Source: the human T2T-CHM13v2.0 reference genome, Homo sapiens | Direction: 5' to 3' (one strand) | Length of the DNA stretch: 64,000 bases | Assembly: GCF_009914755.1 (NCBI RefSeq) | Contig: NC_060940.1 | Shown here: positions 1-21,682 of the stretch, in pieces | Layout of the letters: each line of letters begins with the position of its first letter | Position numbering within the stretch: position 1 is the stretch's first letter | Program-made: the position numbers and the translations under genes | The notes under the pieces: model-generated | What the model was told of the DNA's origin: nothing | Database searches by the model: none | Seen by the model: only the letters and a program-made list of their open reading frames with translations

Positions 1-26
1 GGCTAACTTTTTTGTATTTTTAGTAG

Positions 27-182
<156 letters not shown>

Positions 183-214
183 TAGTTGTTTTTAACAATT
201 AAAAAGGGGTACCA

Positions 215-505
215 TGTTATAGATAATATTTTGATCTTACTTTTATTATTACTATATAATAATAATATAGTATATAATAGCATATAACCATACAGTATAT
301 ATATTATTATATATTAGCACATAATAATATAGTATATATTAGTATATAGTATAACATTATATTATATATAATATACTGTAATTATAGATATAATTATGTA
401 ATTATAGATGTAATTATAGATATAACATATTTATAGATGTAATTATAGATATAATATATTTATAGATATAATTACATTATTACATTATCTGTGTTCTATA
501 TAATA
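215..505. repeat. AT-rich low-complexity/(TA)n-derived tract with tataga(t)gtaattataga units
   Basis: Direct reading. Confidence 0.85.
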
Positions 506-553
506 TTGCTAAGGTTTTGTCCTTAATAGAGTTACTAAGATTTATTTATATAG

Positions 554-952
<399 letters not shown>

Positions 953-1224
953 ACCAATAACTCGATTAACAGGCATTTGGGCTGTTTCCAAGTGCTTGTT
1001 ACTGTGAGTTCTGCCACTATATTTTTTGTACAGATCTCCTGTTGCACATGCCAAAAGTTTTCCTTGGGCCTGTACTTAGGAGAATGGCTGGCTCTTGGGC
1101 ATACGGAGATTCAACTTTAGGAGATAATATCAAACTGTTTCCAAAGTACTTGCTGGGTTTTAGACTCCCACCAGTAGTGTGGACTGAGGGCTGATTTTAT
1201 GACAAATCTAAATGAATGACAAAT

Positions 1225-1810
<586 letters not shown>

Positions 1811-1941
1811 AAAGAAAAATAATAATAATGTAGATGATCTGCGAGGGCTTCATCACATTTGTGAAATTTGAGAGCTTTCTCTTTTGCTTAGGGTGAGTGG
1901 AGCCACACTGTCCCCCGGGGTGCCAGTGAGGGCTGCCTCAC

Positions 1942-2042
1942 CTGCTCACAGTGGCTGGAGAGGCTTGCTCGAGGTCGGCGGGCTCGAAGATCAGGCTCAT
2001 CTTGGAGTTCATCTGGATAATTTCCCCACTCATGAGACACAG
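1942..2042 (-). CDS. DNAH3: Dynein heavy chain exon AAA2 ([11 protein letters not shown]...ASPATVSR); not in the ORF track
   Basis: cacttttag acceptor, CAG/gtgagg donor; 101 nt, phase 0 to 2; ASPATVSR motif. Confidence 0.94.
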
Positions 2043-2899
2043 CTAAAAGTGCAAAGCAGAGGGTAGCAGACAGGGGAAAGGCTTAAATTCCATCTGCAAG
2101 TAAGAGGTCTCAGTGCAGACAAAGCTGGTTTGATTCATTCCATAAATATTTCTTGAGCACTTATGATGTCCCAGGCACTGTTATGCACTAACTCCTAGGT
2201 GCATAAAATAAAACACAAAATTTCCTATCCTCTTGGGGTTTACATTCTTCTGGGAGATGACAGACAATAAGCAAAATATATAGTGTTCGAAGTGGTGAAA
2301 AGTGCTCTGGAGAAAAATTTAGTAGAAGAGGGGGTTGCATCTACACATACATATATCTACACATACATATACTATATAGATCCACACCTAAGTGTGTATT
2401 TATTTAGTGATGGCCTTCCTACTTCTTAAAAAAATGTGTATAGGGAAAGTCACAAATAAAGTATAACAAAGAGGCTGAGCATGGTGGCTCACGCCTGTAA
2501 TCCCAGCACTTTGGGAGGCCGAGGCGGGTGGATCACTTGAGGTCAGGAGTTCAAGACCAGCATGGCCAACATGGTAAAACCCTGTCTCTACTAAAAATAC
2601 AAAAATTAGCTGAGCATGGTGGCACATGCCTGACCTCAGTCAGGGTTGAGTGAGCTGCAATTTTAATAGGAAAGCCAGGGAATCACTGACCTTAGATGCA
2701 ATCTCAGATGAAGAATCGAGAAGTTATCAGACCTCACCAAGTTTCCTGGTCCCTTTCTCAATATTTAACATAGAACTTAACTGCAAAGCCACATCCTATT
2801 TTTATTTGCTCAATTCTTTCACAAAAGACCCATATTTGAACACCCGCATGGACTAATCCATAGCAGGAGGGACAAAAGCCTTTCCATAAATTCTTTTTA

Positions 2900-3590
2900 T
2901 TTTTAATTTTTATTTGCTTTTGAGACAGGTGTTGCTCTGTTACCCAGACTGAAATACAATGACACATTTGCAATCACTCCATCCTCGACCTTTGGGGCTC
3001 AAGCGATCCTCCCACCTCAGCCTCCTGAGTAGCTAGGATTACAGGTGTGTACCTTCACACGTGGCTAGTTTTTTATTTTTTGTTTTTTGTTTTTAGATTA
3101 AATCAATGTTTCCATAATATATTTTTAAAAATTTTTTTTGTAGAGACAGGATCTCACTGTGTTGCCCAAGCTGATCTCAAACTCCTGGGCTCAAGCAATC
3201 CTCCTGTCTCTGCCTCCCAAAGTGCTAGGATCACAAGCATAAGCCACCGTGCCTGGCCCATAAATCTTTTTTAGAATAGAGTGAAAGAAGCTAGGCACAG
3301 TGGCTCGTGCCTGTGATCCCAGCACAGCACTTTGGGAGGCCGAGGAAGGCAGATCACTTGAGGTCAGGAGTTGGAGACCAGCCTGGCCAACATGGTGAAA
3401 CCCAATTTCTACTAAAAGTACAAAAAAAAAAAAAAAATAGCCGGGCATGGTGGCACGCATCTGTAATCCCAGCTACTAAGGCAGGAGAATTGCGGGAGGT
3501 GGAGGTTGCAGTGAGCTGAGATCGTGCCACTGCACTTCATCCTGGACAACAGAGGGAGACTTTGTCTCAAAAAAAAAAAAAAGAAAGAAA
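2900..3590. mobile_element. Head-to-head AluJ (-, to 3258) and AluS (+, from ~3290)
   Basis: Alu consensus on both strands with ~30-bp spacer. Confidence 0.85.
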
Positions 3591-4699
3591 AATCATCAGA
3601 ATTTCTAGTGTGTAGCAAGTAAAACCCTGTAGGAAGTAGTGCAATTACACAGGAAAGCCTTGGAATATATACTAAGTCAATGACACTGTTTCCTACTCAC
3701 GAAAATGGATTCCAGTGAGATGTTTAAGTTATAAGAAAGGCCTGAGGCCCTTGTCTCCCAGGGGAGAAGAGGAAATACGACTGATTCATTCTGCTCATCC
3801 TAATTTGTGATTAAAAACTTCCCTGCATCTTACTTGGCCTGCATCAAACACAACTTGAAACAGGTCACTGCCTGCATCCCCAGGAAGATCACAGCTGTTA
3901 CAAGGCTGACACCACCAACCGCGTCATCTCTGAATATAAAGAAAGCTAAAACAGACCCACACCTGTGACTGTAGTTTCATTTACATCCAGAGCAGAGGAA
4001 AACCATTAGGAAATTCACTTATTATGACTCTCTTGATACTTCTAATCTCAAGACCAACCGATACATCTGTACAATTAGTTTATATAATATAGTCCATATC
4101 ATGTAATAAAACATTTCCATTTTTGAATATTATATAATCAAAATTATGCACATGCTATAATTAGTGGATGTGTATAATTTGGATAATTAGCCCTTTCGTT
4201 GTTGAGCATGACTCACTCTTAGTCTTGTGACATTTAAACACAGTTAGAAAATATATTTTGATTTGATAATGATGTATATCCAGTGAAGGAATTCTTCCTT
4301 GAGATGATGATAAATTTTATTTTAAACAGTTATATAGCACTTGCTATATGCCAGGCACTATCAGAAGAGGTGTATAAATAGTAACTTATCTAATCTTCGT
4401 AACAGTATAAGGTAGACGCTATCGTCCCTACTTTACAGATGATGAAGTTGGGGCATCAAGAGACTAAATAGCTTGTCTGAGGTTACATAGCTGGAAAGTG
4501 GCAAGGCCAGGATTTGAACCCAGGCTCTCTGGCTCCAGAGTCCAAGCTCTTTTAGCCACCATACATACTGTGGCGCCATACTTACTGTGTTATCACTCTA
4601 CTCTACTTATTTTTCCAAAGATTGGTGGTATTTTTGCAAAGATTGCTATATTTTCCAAAGGTCCTGGCATCAGTTTGGACTCCTAACTCTACTATTGAG

Positions 4700-5561
4700 C
4701 TGTGTTGTGTTGGGCAAGTTACATAAATTCCATCCCATATGCCCCCACTTTTTTTTTGAGACAAGGTCTTTCTCTGTTGCTCAGCTTGGAGCACAGTGGC
4801 ACAATGAAGGCTCACAGTAGCCATGACTTCCAGACTCAAGGGATCCTCACACCTCAGCCTCCTGAGTAGCAGGACTACACGCACTTACCACCATGCCCAG
4901 TTAATTAAAACAAATTTTTTTTTTGTAGAGATGGCTCACTGTGTTGCTCAAACTGGTCTTGAACTCCTGGGCTCAAGCAATCCTCCTGTCTCAGCCTCTA
5001 GAAGTGTTAGGATTACACGTGTGAGCCTATAGGGCCCAGCCCATATGCACTTTTGCAATGTGACCTGTCTGCCTCCATCAAGAGGTGAAGTCTATTTTTC
5101 CACTTCCTGGTCAGGCCTTGTGAGTTCCTTGACCAACAGAATGCAGAGAAAGTAATGCTTATCAGTTTCAAGCATAGCTCTTAATATCTTGGAAACTTCC
5201 ACTTCCTGACTCTTGGAAATCACCCACCACATAGGAAGCGCCACTACCAAGACACCACCAAGTGAAAAGCCCAAGCCATGTGAAGTGGCCTGGAAGAGGA
5301 GGTATTATTTTTAGAGAGAAAGAAAAAGAGAGAGAGAAAGATGGGCCAAATATGATTGTGCCACCAGGCATTGAGTGAAGACGCCATCTTGAATGCGGAT
5401 TTTCTAGCCTGAGCTGCCCCAGCTGACATCAAAAGAGAGACCAACTGGCCAGCTGAGCCCTTTCAAAATTCCCAGCCCACAAAATCATGAGGAAAAGAAA
5501 TGGTTGTTTTAAGCCGTTAAGTATTAGGGTAGTTTGTTATATAGCAATAAGTAACCAAAAC
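4700..5561 (+). mobile_element. MLT1 (G/H-like) MaLR LTR interrupted by an AluJ (~4748-5040)
   Basis: MLT1 3' end gtttgttatatagcaataagtaaccaaaaca; ccatatgc repeated on both sides of the Alu. Confidence 0.65.
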
Positions 5562-5959
5562 ATATCCCGCAGGTACTATGTGCAATCTCATTTAAGTATC
5601 AACAACCTCATTTTATTACTACCTTTCTACAAATGAGAAAACTGAGATTCAGAGAAGTGATGTGACTTGCTCAGTACAACACAGCTCAGTTGCAGGGCTA
5701 GGAGTCCAAACTGATGCCAGCACTAAGGCTCACTATTCAACGTGGTCTCTAAACATGCTTAGCTTACCAACTACAAGTACAAACAGAGCATAATTCATGA
5801 ATTGATTACTATAATCCTCCTGTGGGGCATTTATTCTTAATGTATACAGAATACATACATAATAAATGTATGTCTCTATATAGTTTTGATCAATCACTTA
5901 CTTCAATAAAAGAGTTTATGTCTCACTCATGGAAAAGTCATATCAGGGTCAATACTTAC

Positions 5960-6201
5960 CTTTTTATTGTCATCCAGAACAGTGTTCATATTTTCAATCC
6001 AAATAGCATCCACTGGCCCATCAAATATAATCCACTTGCGATCATCAGAGAGTGAAGACGCTTGCTCCCGGAAAGCATTGGCAAGGACACCATCCATCCA
6101 CTCGTGGCTCACTTGGTCAAAGCACCCATACAGCTGCCCCATCGTGATAGCCTTGGGGTTGATGATCTTGTACTCCACAGCAAACTCCTCCATCTGATTG
6201 G
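5960..6201 (-). CDS. DNAH3: Dynein heavy chain exon AAA2 ([13 protein letters not shown]...[25 protein letters not shown])
   Basis: ttcttgcccag acceptor, AAG/gtaagt donor; 242 nt, phase 1 to 0. Confidence 0.96.
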
Positions 6202-6569
6202 CTGGGCAAGAAGGTTCAACACCAGTTATAAAGGCTCTGGTGAGACCAGAAGGTTAAACAAGAGATGATGTCATCTCAACAACCAATCAACTTTTATAAA
6301 TATGCCATATGAGGGAAGTCCTTCTTATAAAACATGTGCTCAGTTTTTATAGAGATTGGGATCTGGGGCCAGGAGCTGTAGTAGCTCACACCCATAATCC
6401 CAATACTCAGGGAGGCCAGGATGGGAGGATCACTTGAACCTGGGAAATGGAGGCTGCAGTGAGCTATGATTGTGCCACCACACTTCAGCCTGAGCAACAG
6501 AATGAAGCCGTCTCTCAAAAAAAAAAAAAAGACTGACTGAGACATCTGGATAGGCAATGCCTTACATTA

Positions 6570-7037
<468 letters not shown>

Positions 7038-7478
7038 CTATGTACCTGCTCTCACAGCCACCCTAAGAACCTTGGCTTTTCAAACTCAAACAGGCTGAAG
7101 GAAGAAATTAAAAATGAAAAGAACAGATCAGAACCTTGGCTTTGATTTGAAATGAGGAAACGGGAAACAGCTGACAGGTAAAAAGGTTCTGAAAAATGAT
7201 GGTTACTTTTCTGTCTCTGAAGGGCTAGTTTGGCCCCGAAATCGTTCTTGACTGCTCAGTGAGTGTCATTTGTTCCCAAGAAATACACGCTGGAGTATTA
7301 AAACTCAATTGGAACGTACAGGCTGATGGATGGCACAGCATATGTATTTAATAACAAAAAAAAATCACAATGCTTTTATGGAATCCTTCAAAGTAGGGAA
7401 AAGTTGAAGTGCTTGAGTCATGAACTAAATAAAGAACCACCTCTGGGCCAGGTGTTGTGGCTCATGCCTGTAATCTCA

Positions 7479-7709
<231 letters not shown>

Positions 7710-8888
7710 TTAAAAATAATTAAATAAATAAAAAAGAACTACTCTGCAGCATCCTGAGGCAAACACAGTGGTAGCCTCCTTTTTCTTCACTCAGTTTCTT
7801 AAGGTATATTAAAATGGTATATTAAAGGTATATTTCTTTAAGGTATATTAAAATGCTAAAAATATTTTATATTTTATTATATTCTATTATTTTATTTTGA
7901 GACTGGATCTCACTCACCCAGGCTGCAATTGCAGTGCAGTGCGCAATCATAGCTCACTGCAGCCACAAACTCCTGAGCTGAAGTGATCCGCCCGCCTTGG
8001 CCCCTCAAAATGCCGGGATTATGGGTGTGAGCCCCTGTTCCCTGCCTCAAAATTTGTATCTAAATTTGAGATGCCCAAATTAGTTATTAAGGCTAGGATA
8101 ACCCCCAAAACATAACCTCAAAAACCCAATCATCAAATGTTATTAGAAAAAAAATTTTAAATGAAAAACTTGAAGCAATGCATGCACGAAAAGGAAATGC
8201 TTTTATGAAACTATAGGTTTGTGTTTTATAAAAACAAAACAAAACAGACACACACACGAAAAAACCCACAACTGTTTCTCTGGCAGGAAACATAGTTTCC
8301 ATTTGTTGCGTAGGCACTGTGCTCAGTTATTTACCTGCATGCTGTTACTTAATTCTCATAACAATCCCATTTTACAGCTGGGAAAACAGAGGATAACACA
8401 GGTTTAGTCATTTGCCCAAGTCTGAGTCTGATTCAAAAGCAGGAGCTCCTATCCTTGACTTTAAAAGGAAGGAAAGAAGAAAAGAAGGGAAGGAGGGAGG
8501 GAAAAAACTAAAGGGAAGGGAACAGGAAAAGAAGAGAATAGAAGCAAAGAAGCAAAACCATGCAGTGATTTGCTTTTAGACTAATTTTAAGGCCAATGAC
8601 AAGAGTTTCTCTTTCACTGGGGGACCTTTGGAGAAACCACTGCTCAGCATTTGAGACAATTCCTCCAGGCCTTAATGATATGCACATGAAATCCCTTGTT
8701 ATTATAGAAGCACCCCGCCCCCAACCCTTTATTTTCTGCTTGCAGACATCTGTGTGCCATGTTCTATTTCTAGCTCTGACGTCACGATCGAGGCCTGACA
8801 AGACTAGCAGCCTGGCATTATCTCCATGGAGCCAGCCAACTGAGCGAGGAGTTCTGTCCTCCCTGGAAGCCAGGGATGTGAGCTTTAC

Positions 8889-9000
8889 CTGCGTGTAAAT
8901 CGCCGAGAGCTGCAGCCAACACTTTATAAGCAGAGGTCTTGCCGCCCATGGGGTCTCCTACAATCATATAGCCATGTCTCACCAGCATCATTTCGTAGAT
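8889..9000 (-). CDS. DNAH3: Dynein heavy chain exon with AAA2 P-loop ([16 protein letters not shown])
   Basis: ctcctcccag acceptor, CAG/gtaaag donor; 112 nt, phase 0 to 1. Confidence 0.95.
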
Positions 9001-9777
9001 CTGGGAGGAGACATCATTCATAAAAGAAGCTAATCATTGCAACGCTCCCCCATTGTGAGTTAGTCAGAAGTCAATGAGGAATGAGGGGTCAGAAGAGGAT
9101 TCTCACAGTTGCTTCTACCTCTGGAGAACTTCGGTTCTTTTCATGGTCTATTGTTTACATATCTTTCAGACGAAAAAATATATGTGTGTGTCTCAGATTA
9201 TTTAAGGGATGGGAACTACCATTTGCTCTGTACTTGTCTATGTGTTAAGAATCAACTGATAACCCAAATTATTTAATCTACTCCAATATCATTGACCACC
9301 TTTTACAAAGGGTAAGACTGAGCCCAAGAGAGGTTAAATACTTGCCCAAGTTCATCAGTGATGGAGCCAGAATTTGCAGACAGGGCTATTTGACTTTAAC
9401 GCCTCTAATATTTTCATGACACTATTGCCATTTATTTTTAAAGAGAAAAAGAAAATGGCGGTCATTTTAGCAAATTGTGTTTCTCCTGGAAACTTTCTTT
9501 CTTGAGATCTAACTGCTTTGGTCATTTGCATTTATGTGAATTTTATGGTTTAAACAAATTTGCTCCTTTAGACTGTGACTCCCTCAGAGAAAGGGAACAC
9601 AAGCAGCTTTGTATTTTAAAGATTAAGTTCTTATTATTTTTCACCTTGGAGGTGAGTAATAAGAAGCGTCTAAATGAAGGTAGTGACAACGGGAGTGGTA
9701 GAGAAAGGAACACATGTAATTCAGCAAATATTTTTTGAGCATCTACTATGTGCCAGACACTGTTCTGGGTGCTGTAG

Positions 9778-10276
<499 letters not shown>

Positions 10277-11020
10277 TCAATAGCCTCTCACATTCTTCCT
10301 CACATTGAGACATCAATAAGTAAAAGGGCAGGTAGCTCCAGAACCCTTGTTTTTGAAAATATTACCTTGTTTTTGTAAATTGGTACTAAGCTACATGAAA
10401 GTTCATCTGTAGATCCGCAAATTACTTTGAAATATATCAAAAAGTAAGATGGATGGATGGACGGATGGATAAAAAATAAAACAAATAGTATAAAATATTA
10501 ATTGTAAAATCTGGGTGGTGAGTACATGAATGTTCTGCGTACGTTTCGTTCAATTTTTCTGCATGTTTAAAATTTTTCATAATAAAATATTGAAAATTAA
10601 AGTTCATGCCTAGTTAAAGAATGGTCCTTCTGCAAAATCTCAATCATAAATTGGGGTTCAAAATTGGGTTAAATGAGTTGTGTCAAAAATTAGCTCACTT
10701 GCTAATACAGTAGGAAAAAGAATGATTGTTTTTACCACAAGGCAGTGTGATCTCAGAATCTGGAGACCTGGGTCCTAACTTCACTTGTAACTCACATTGT
10801 GACTTTGGGAAATGATGATGCCAATGGTGCTGCTGATGATGACGGAGATGGTGGAGTTGATAATGATATAGTATCAGGTACTATGTGTAGCACTTTACAC
10901 ACCTCTTCTCTCAAAATGACTCCATTTTACAGAGGACTGAGGATAAAAGAGGTGAACTAATTTGCCTAAAATCTCACAGCAAAAAATGATGGGATTTGGG
11001 AGGCTGAGGTGGGTGGATCA

Positions 11021-11558
<538 letters not shown>

Positions 11559-11628
11559 TAAGACTTTACTGTTTGCTGACTTCAGCAAACAGTAAAACAG
11601 GCACATTTATATGGGCTAAGGAACCAAC

Positions 11629-11763
11629 CTGGATAATTTTCCCTATAAACCAAGGTACTGGCTGGAGTTTCATCTTTTTGATGTTATCATTCAGCACTTT
11701 CAGAAAAACTTCATAGTCTGGCTTTGGAAGAACAACTCCAGGAAATAAATCAGATATAATTCC
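11629..11763 (-). CDS. DNAH3: Dynein heavy chain exon (GIISDLFPGVVLPKPDY...GKIIQ); not in the ORF track
   Basis: tttttaacag acceptor, CAG/gttggt donor; 135 nt, phase 0-0; GIISDLFP motif read manually. Confidence 0.93.
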
Positions 11764-11880
11764 CTGTTAAAAAGAATTTAAAAGAAAGTGGAAAGGATAA
11801 AGTATCAGATATATGACCTCAACATTTTCCTAAAATGAGATGTATCAACAACAGAGATCTTTGAAAAATTCCAGACCTTA

Positions 11881-12306
<426 letters not shown>

Positions 12307-12675
12307 TTATCTTCCAGTCACTGTACTAGGAATGAACAAGATAGTAATGACTTCTGTCCTTATGAAGCTCAGAGCCTGGCAAGTAAGATTAAATTAAATT
12401 ACAAAAGGAAACTAATTAAACTGGATAAAAACACATATGTATACCCAAGAGCAAATATTATCCTATCAGTGAAACCATTTTTATTAAAAATCAGGCAGAG
12501 ATGTTTGCTATCTATCACTCTTATTATTTAACATTTGCAGGGAGGGTATCAGGTGGCAGAGATGCTGGCCAAAGAATGGAAGATGGAAGAGGGTATGGGG
12601 AAGGCACCAAACACAACATTTCATCTTCCAACATTGAGCCTTGGTCCTCGGCCAAGGTCCTGAACCGCTACATAC

Positions 12676-12895
12676 CTGAAACAGAGGGACATCTTGCGCT
12701 AAGAACTTGGCCAGATTGACATCAAGCAATGCCCGGAGCAGCAGGACACTTTCATTCTCCTCTGGATACTTGAGCTTCAGGTTTCCTGCGGCAGTAAGCA
12801 CAGACTTGACAGCGCGCATACCGTAGTCATAGTGATGCTGAGAGGACAGTTGTTCCGAGCACAGGCGGTAGGTCGCAACGATCTTCTGGGCGAGA
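12676..12895 (-). CDS. DNAH3: Dynein heavy chain exon (LAQKIV...[19 protein letters not shown]...DVPLFQ)
   Basis: cccttctag acceptor, CAG/gtatgt donor; 220 nt, phase 2 to 0; HYDYGMRA motif. Confidence 0.96.
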
Positions 12896-14129
12896 CTAGA
12901 AGGGCAAAGACATGTATGCGGACACCCAGAGAGGACTACGTCCTGCCCAGCAGACATTCCCAATATCCTTGTCCTTGCCCCGTCAGCAACCAGGCATGCC
13001 CATGGACTTGATGGAGAAGCCCTATCCTTTAAGGATATTTTAATAGAGTTACCATAATGTGGTATGGAAGCATGAAAAAAAGCAAGTGAACATATATGTA
13101 TAACATGTATGGTATATGAAATGATACGTTTTTGGCCAAGTGCAGTGGCTCATGCCTGTGATCTCAGCACTTTGGGAGGCTGAGGCAGGAGGATCGCTTG
13201 AGGCCAGGAGTCCGAGGCCAGGAGTCCAAGCCCAGCTTCAGCAACATAGCGAGGCTCTATCTCTACAGAAAAATTAAAAAATGAGCTGGGCATGGTAGCA
13301 TGGCACCTGTCATCCCAGCTACTCGGAAGGCTAAGGGTGGGAGGAGCTCTTGAGCCCAGGAGTTCAAGGCTGCAGTGAGCTGTGATTGCATCACTACACT
13401 CCACTTTGGATTTTCAGATGAGATTGGCTGCGTTCAGTGTGGTATGGCTGTAGACTCATTTTGGATTTTCAGCGAGTGAAAAATAAACTTTGTTATGGTA
13501 AGCCATTGAGATTCAGGGGTCAGCGTTACCCTAACTAATACACTTATGCACTTTTCTCTCAAGGAGATCCTCTTTACAGAACTGATTTCCTTTAAAAACA
13601 AAGACTTTGTGTTGTTCACCAGCACCCAGCACAGGGCTGGGCATAAGGTTGGTGACTCAATAAAGGTTTGCTAATTAAATAAATAAATGAATTGAGTGAG
13701 CAAATCAATGCAATCCTGGTTACTATAGAAAACAAATGAGTTAAATGTCATATGACTGAGGCAGCCTCTTGGCCTAGGAAGGGTGATATTCTATTGAGAA
13801 TTTCTGTAGCCCCTTGGATTATAAACAAAGACATCCAGGCCATAAAGACATTCATTATAACAGAAAGTCAATTGACATGATAAAATTTGGAATAGATCAA
13901 TACAAGCCATTTTGCAACGATTATTCATAACTCTTGGTGCATGTGTTATATGTATGTGTGTATACACACGTACACACTTGAAGACACTGATCCGTGTATA
14001 ACTGTGTGTCTTAGAAAACTGGACAATACTTGAATGAGATATAACCTAGTTAATTGGAGGCAATAAATGTTATATTAATAATTTTTCCTCTTCAATTCTG
14101 GAATAATTGCATATGTTTTATAGTGTTGC

Positions 14130-16876
<2,747 letters not shown>

Positions 16877-16929
16877 AGAGGTTTCTATTCTAAAAAGCAC
16901 ACCCCACATGTATATCTGCTGGCATTTAC

Positions 16930-17106
16930 CTTGAGATTGTCGGGCAGTTCAGCCCTGCCAGCATACCCGGGGTTCATGGTGATGAACACAGCGCAGGTTG
17001 GGTTCAGAGAGAGCTCAGTCCCTTCAAAGATGAATGTCTTTAGCTTCCGAATGATGGCTTGTTGGATGCTGAGGATCTGCTGAGCGACCACAGACAGCAC
17101 TTCTAC
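16930..17106 (-). CDS. DNAH3: Dynein heavy chain exon ([10 protein letters not shown]...[19 protein letters not shown]), AAA1 sensor I
   Basis: ctcaccccag acceptor, AAG/gtaaat donor; 177 nt, phase 0-0. Confidence 0.96.
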
Positions 17107-17791
17107 CTGGGGTGAGAATGCCCGGCTGATAAGAGCATCTGCTTCTGTCTGACAACCACCCTACTCTACCGGAGTCCTCCCACATAGCAAAGAAAGAACC
17201 CAATCACCCAAAAACCGCACCTGCACATTCAAAATTAGGAGCATGATTTGGGGTTTTGGTAAGAAAAAAGAATATAGGTTTGTGCATGTGTGCATGTGCG
17301 TGTGTGTGTGTGTTAATAGTTTCCATAGTACTTTATCTTTGTTTCAACACCTAGCATAGTACTTGACACACAGTAGGTATTCTGTGTTTATTGGTTCAAA
17401 GATCAGGGATTTTTATATTTCCTGATCTTTATTCATCATCCAAAGAGAATTATACACTCTTTTGTGATGCATCTTTTGTACTTCTACTATAGACTTTTAG
17501 CACGTTGGTATTTGTTTCATTAAATTTTTTATTTCCCTTTACTAGATCGCAACAGTCTAGACAGCAAGATCTTTTTTCTTTTTTTTAATTATTATACTTT
17601 AAGTTTTAGGGTACACGTGCACATTGTGCAGGTTACATATATATACATGTGCCATGCTGGTGCGCTGCACCCACTAACTCGTCATCTAGCATTAAGTATA
17701 TCTCCCGATGCTATCCCTCCCCACTCCCACCACCCCACAACAGTCCCCAGAGTGTGATATTCCCCTTCCTGTGTCCATGTGATCTCACTGT

Positions 17792-21634
<3,843 letters not shown>

Positions 21635-21682
21635 TTATTTTGCTCGTTAGTTGATGCAGTTTCTTCCTAGTCTCGATGGTCT

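Noticed and set aside
17500-17590. Possible 3' transduction carried by the L1
   Set aside because: The L1 3' end runs straight into the A-rich TSD and then the Alu TSD half, leaving no room for transduced sequence
17670-17700. Possibility that the L1 is a hot L1HS-Ta element
   Set aside because: The 3'UTR has GAG rather than ACA/ACG, A rather than G near the end, and an older-type ORF2 N-terminus
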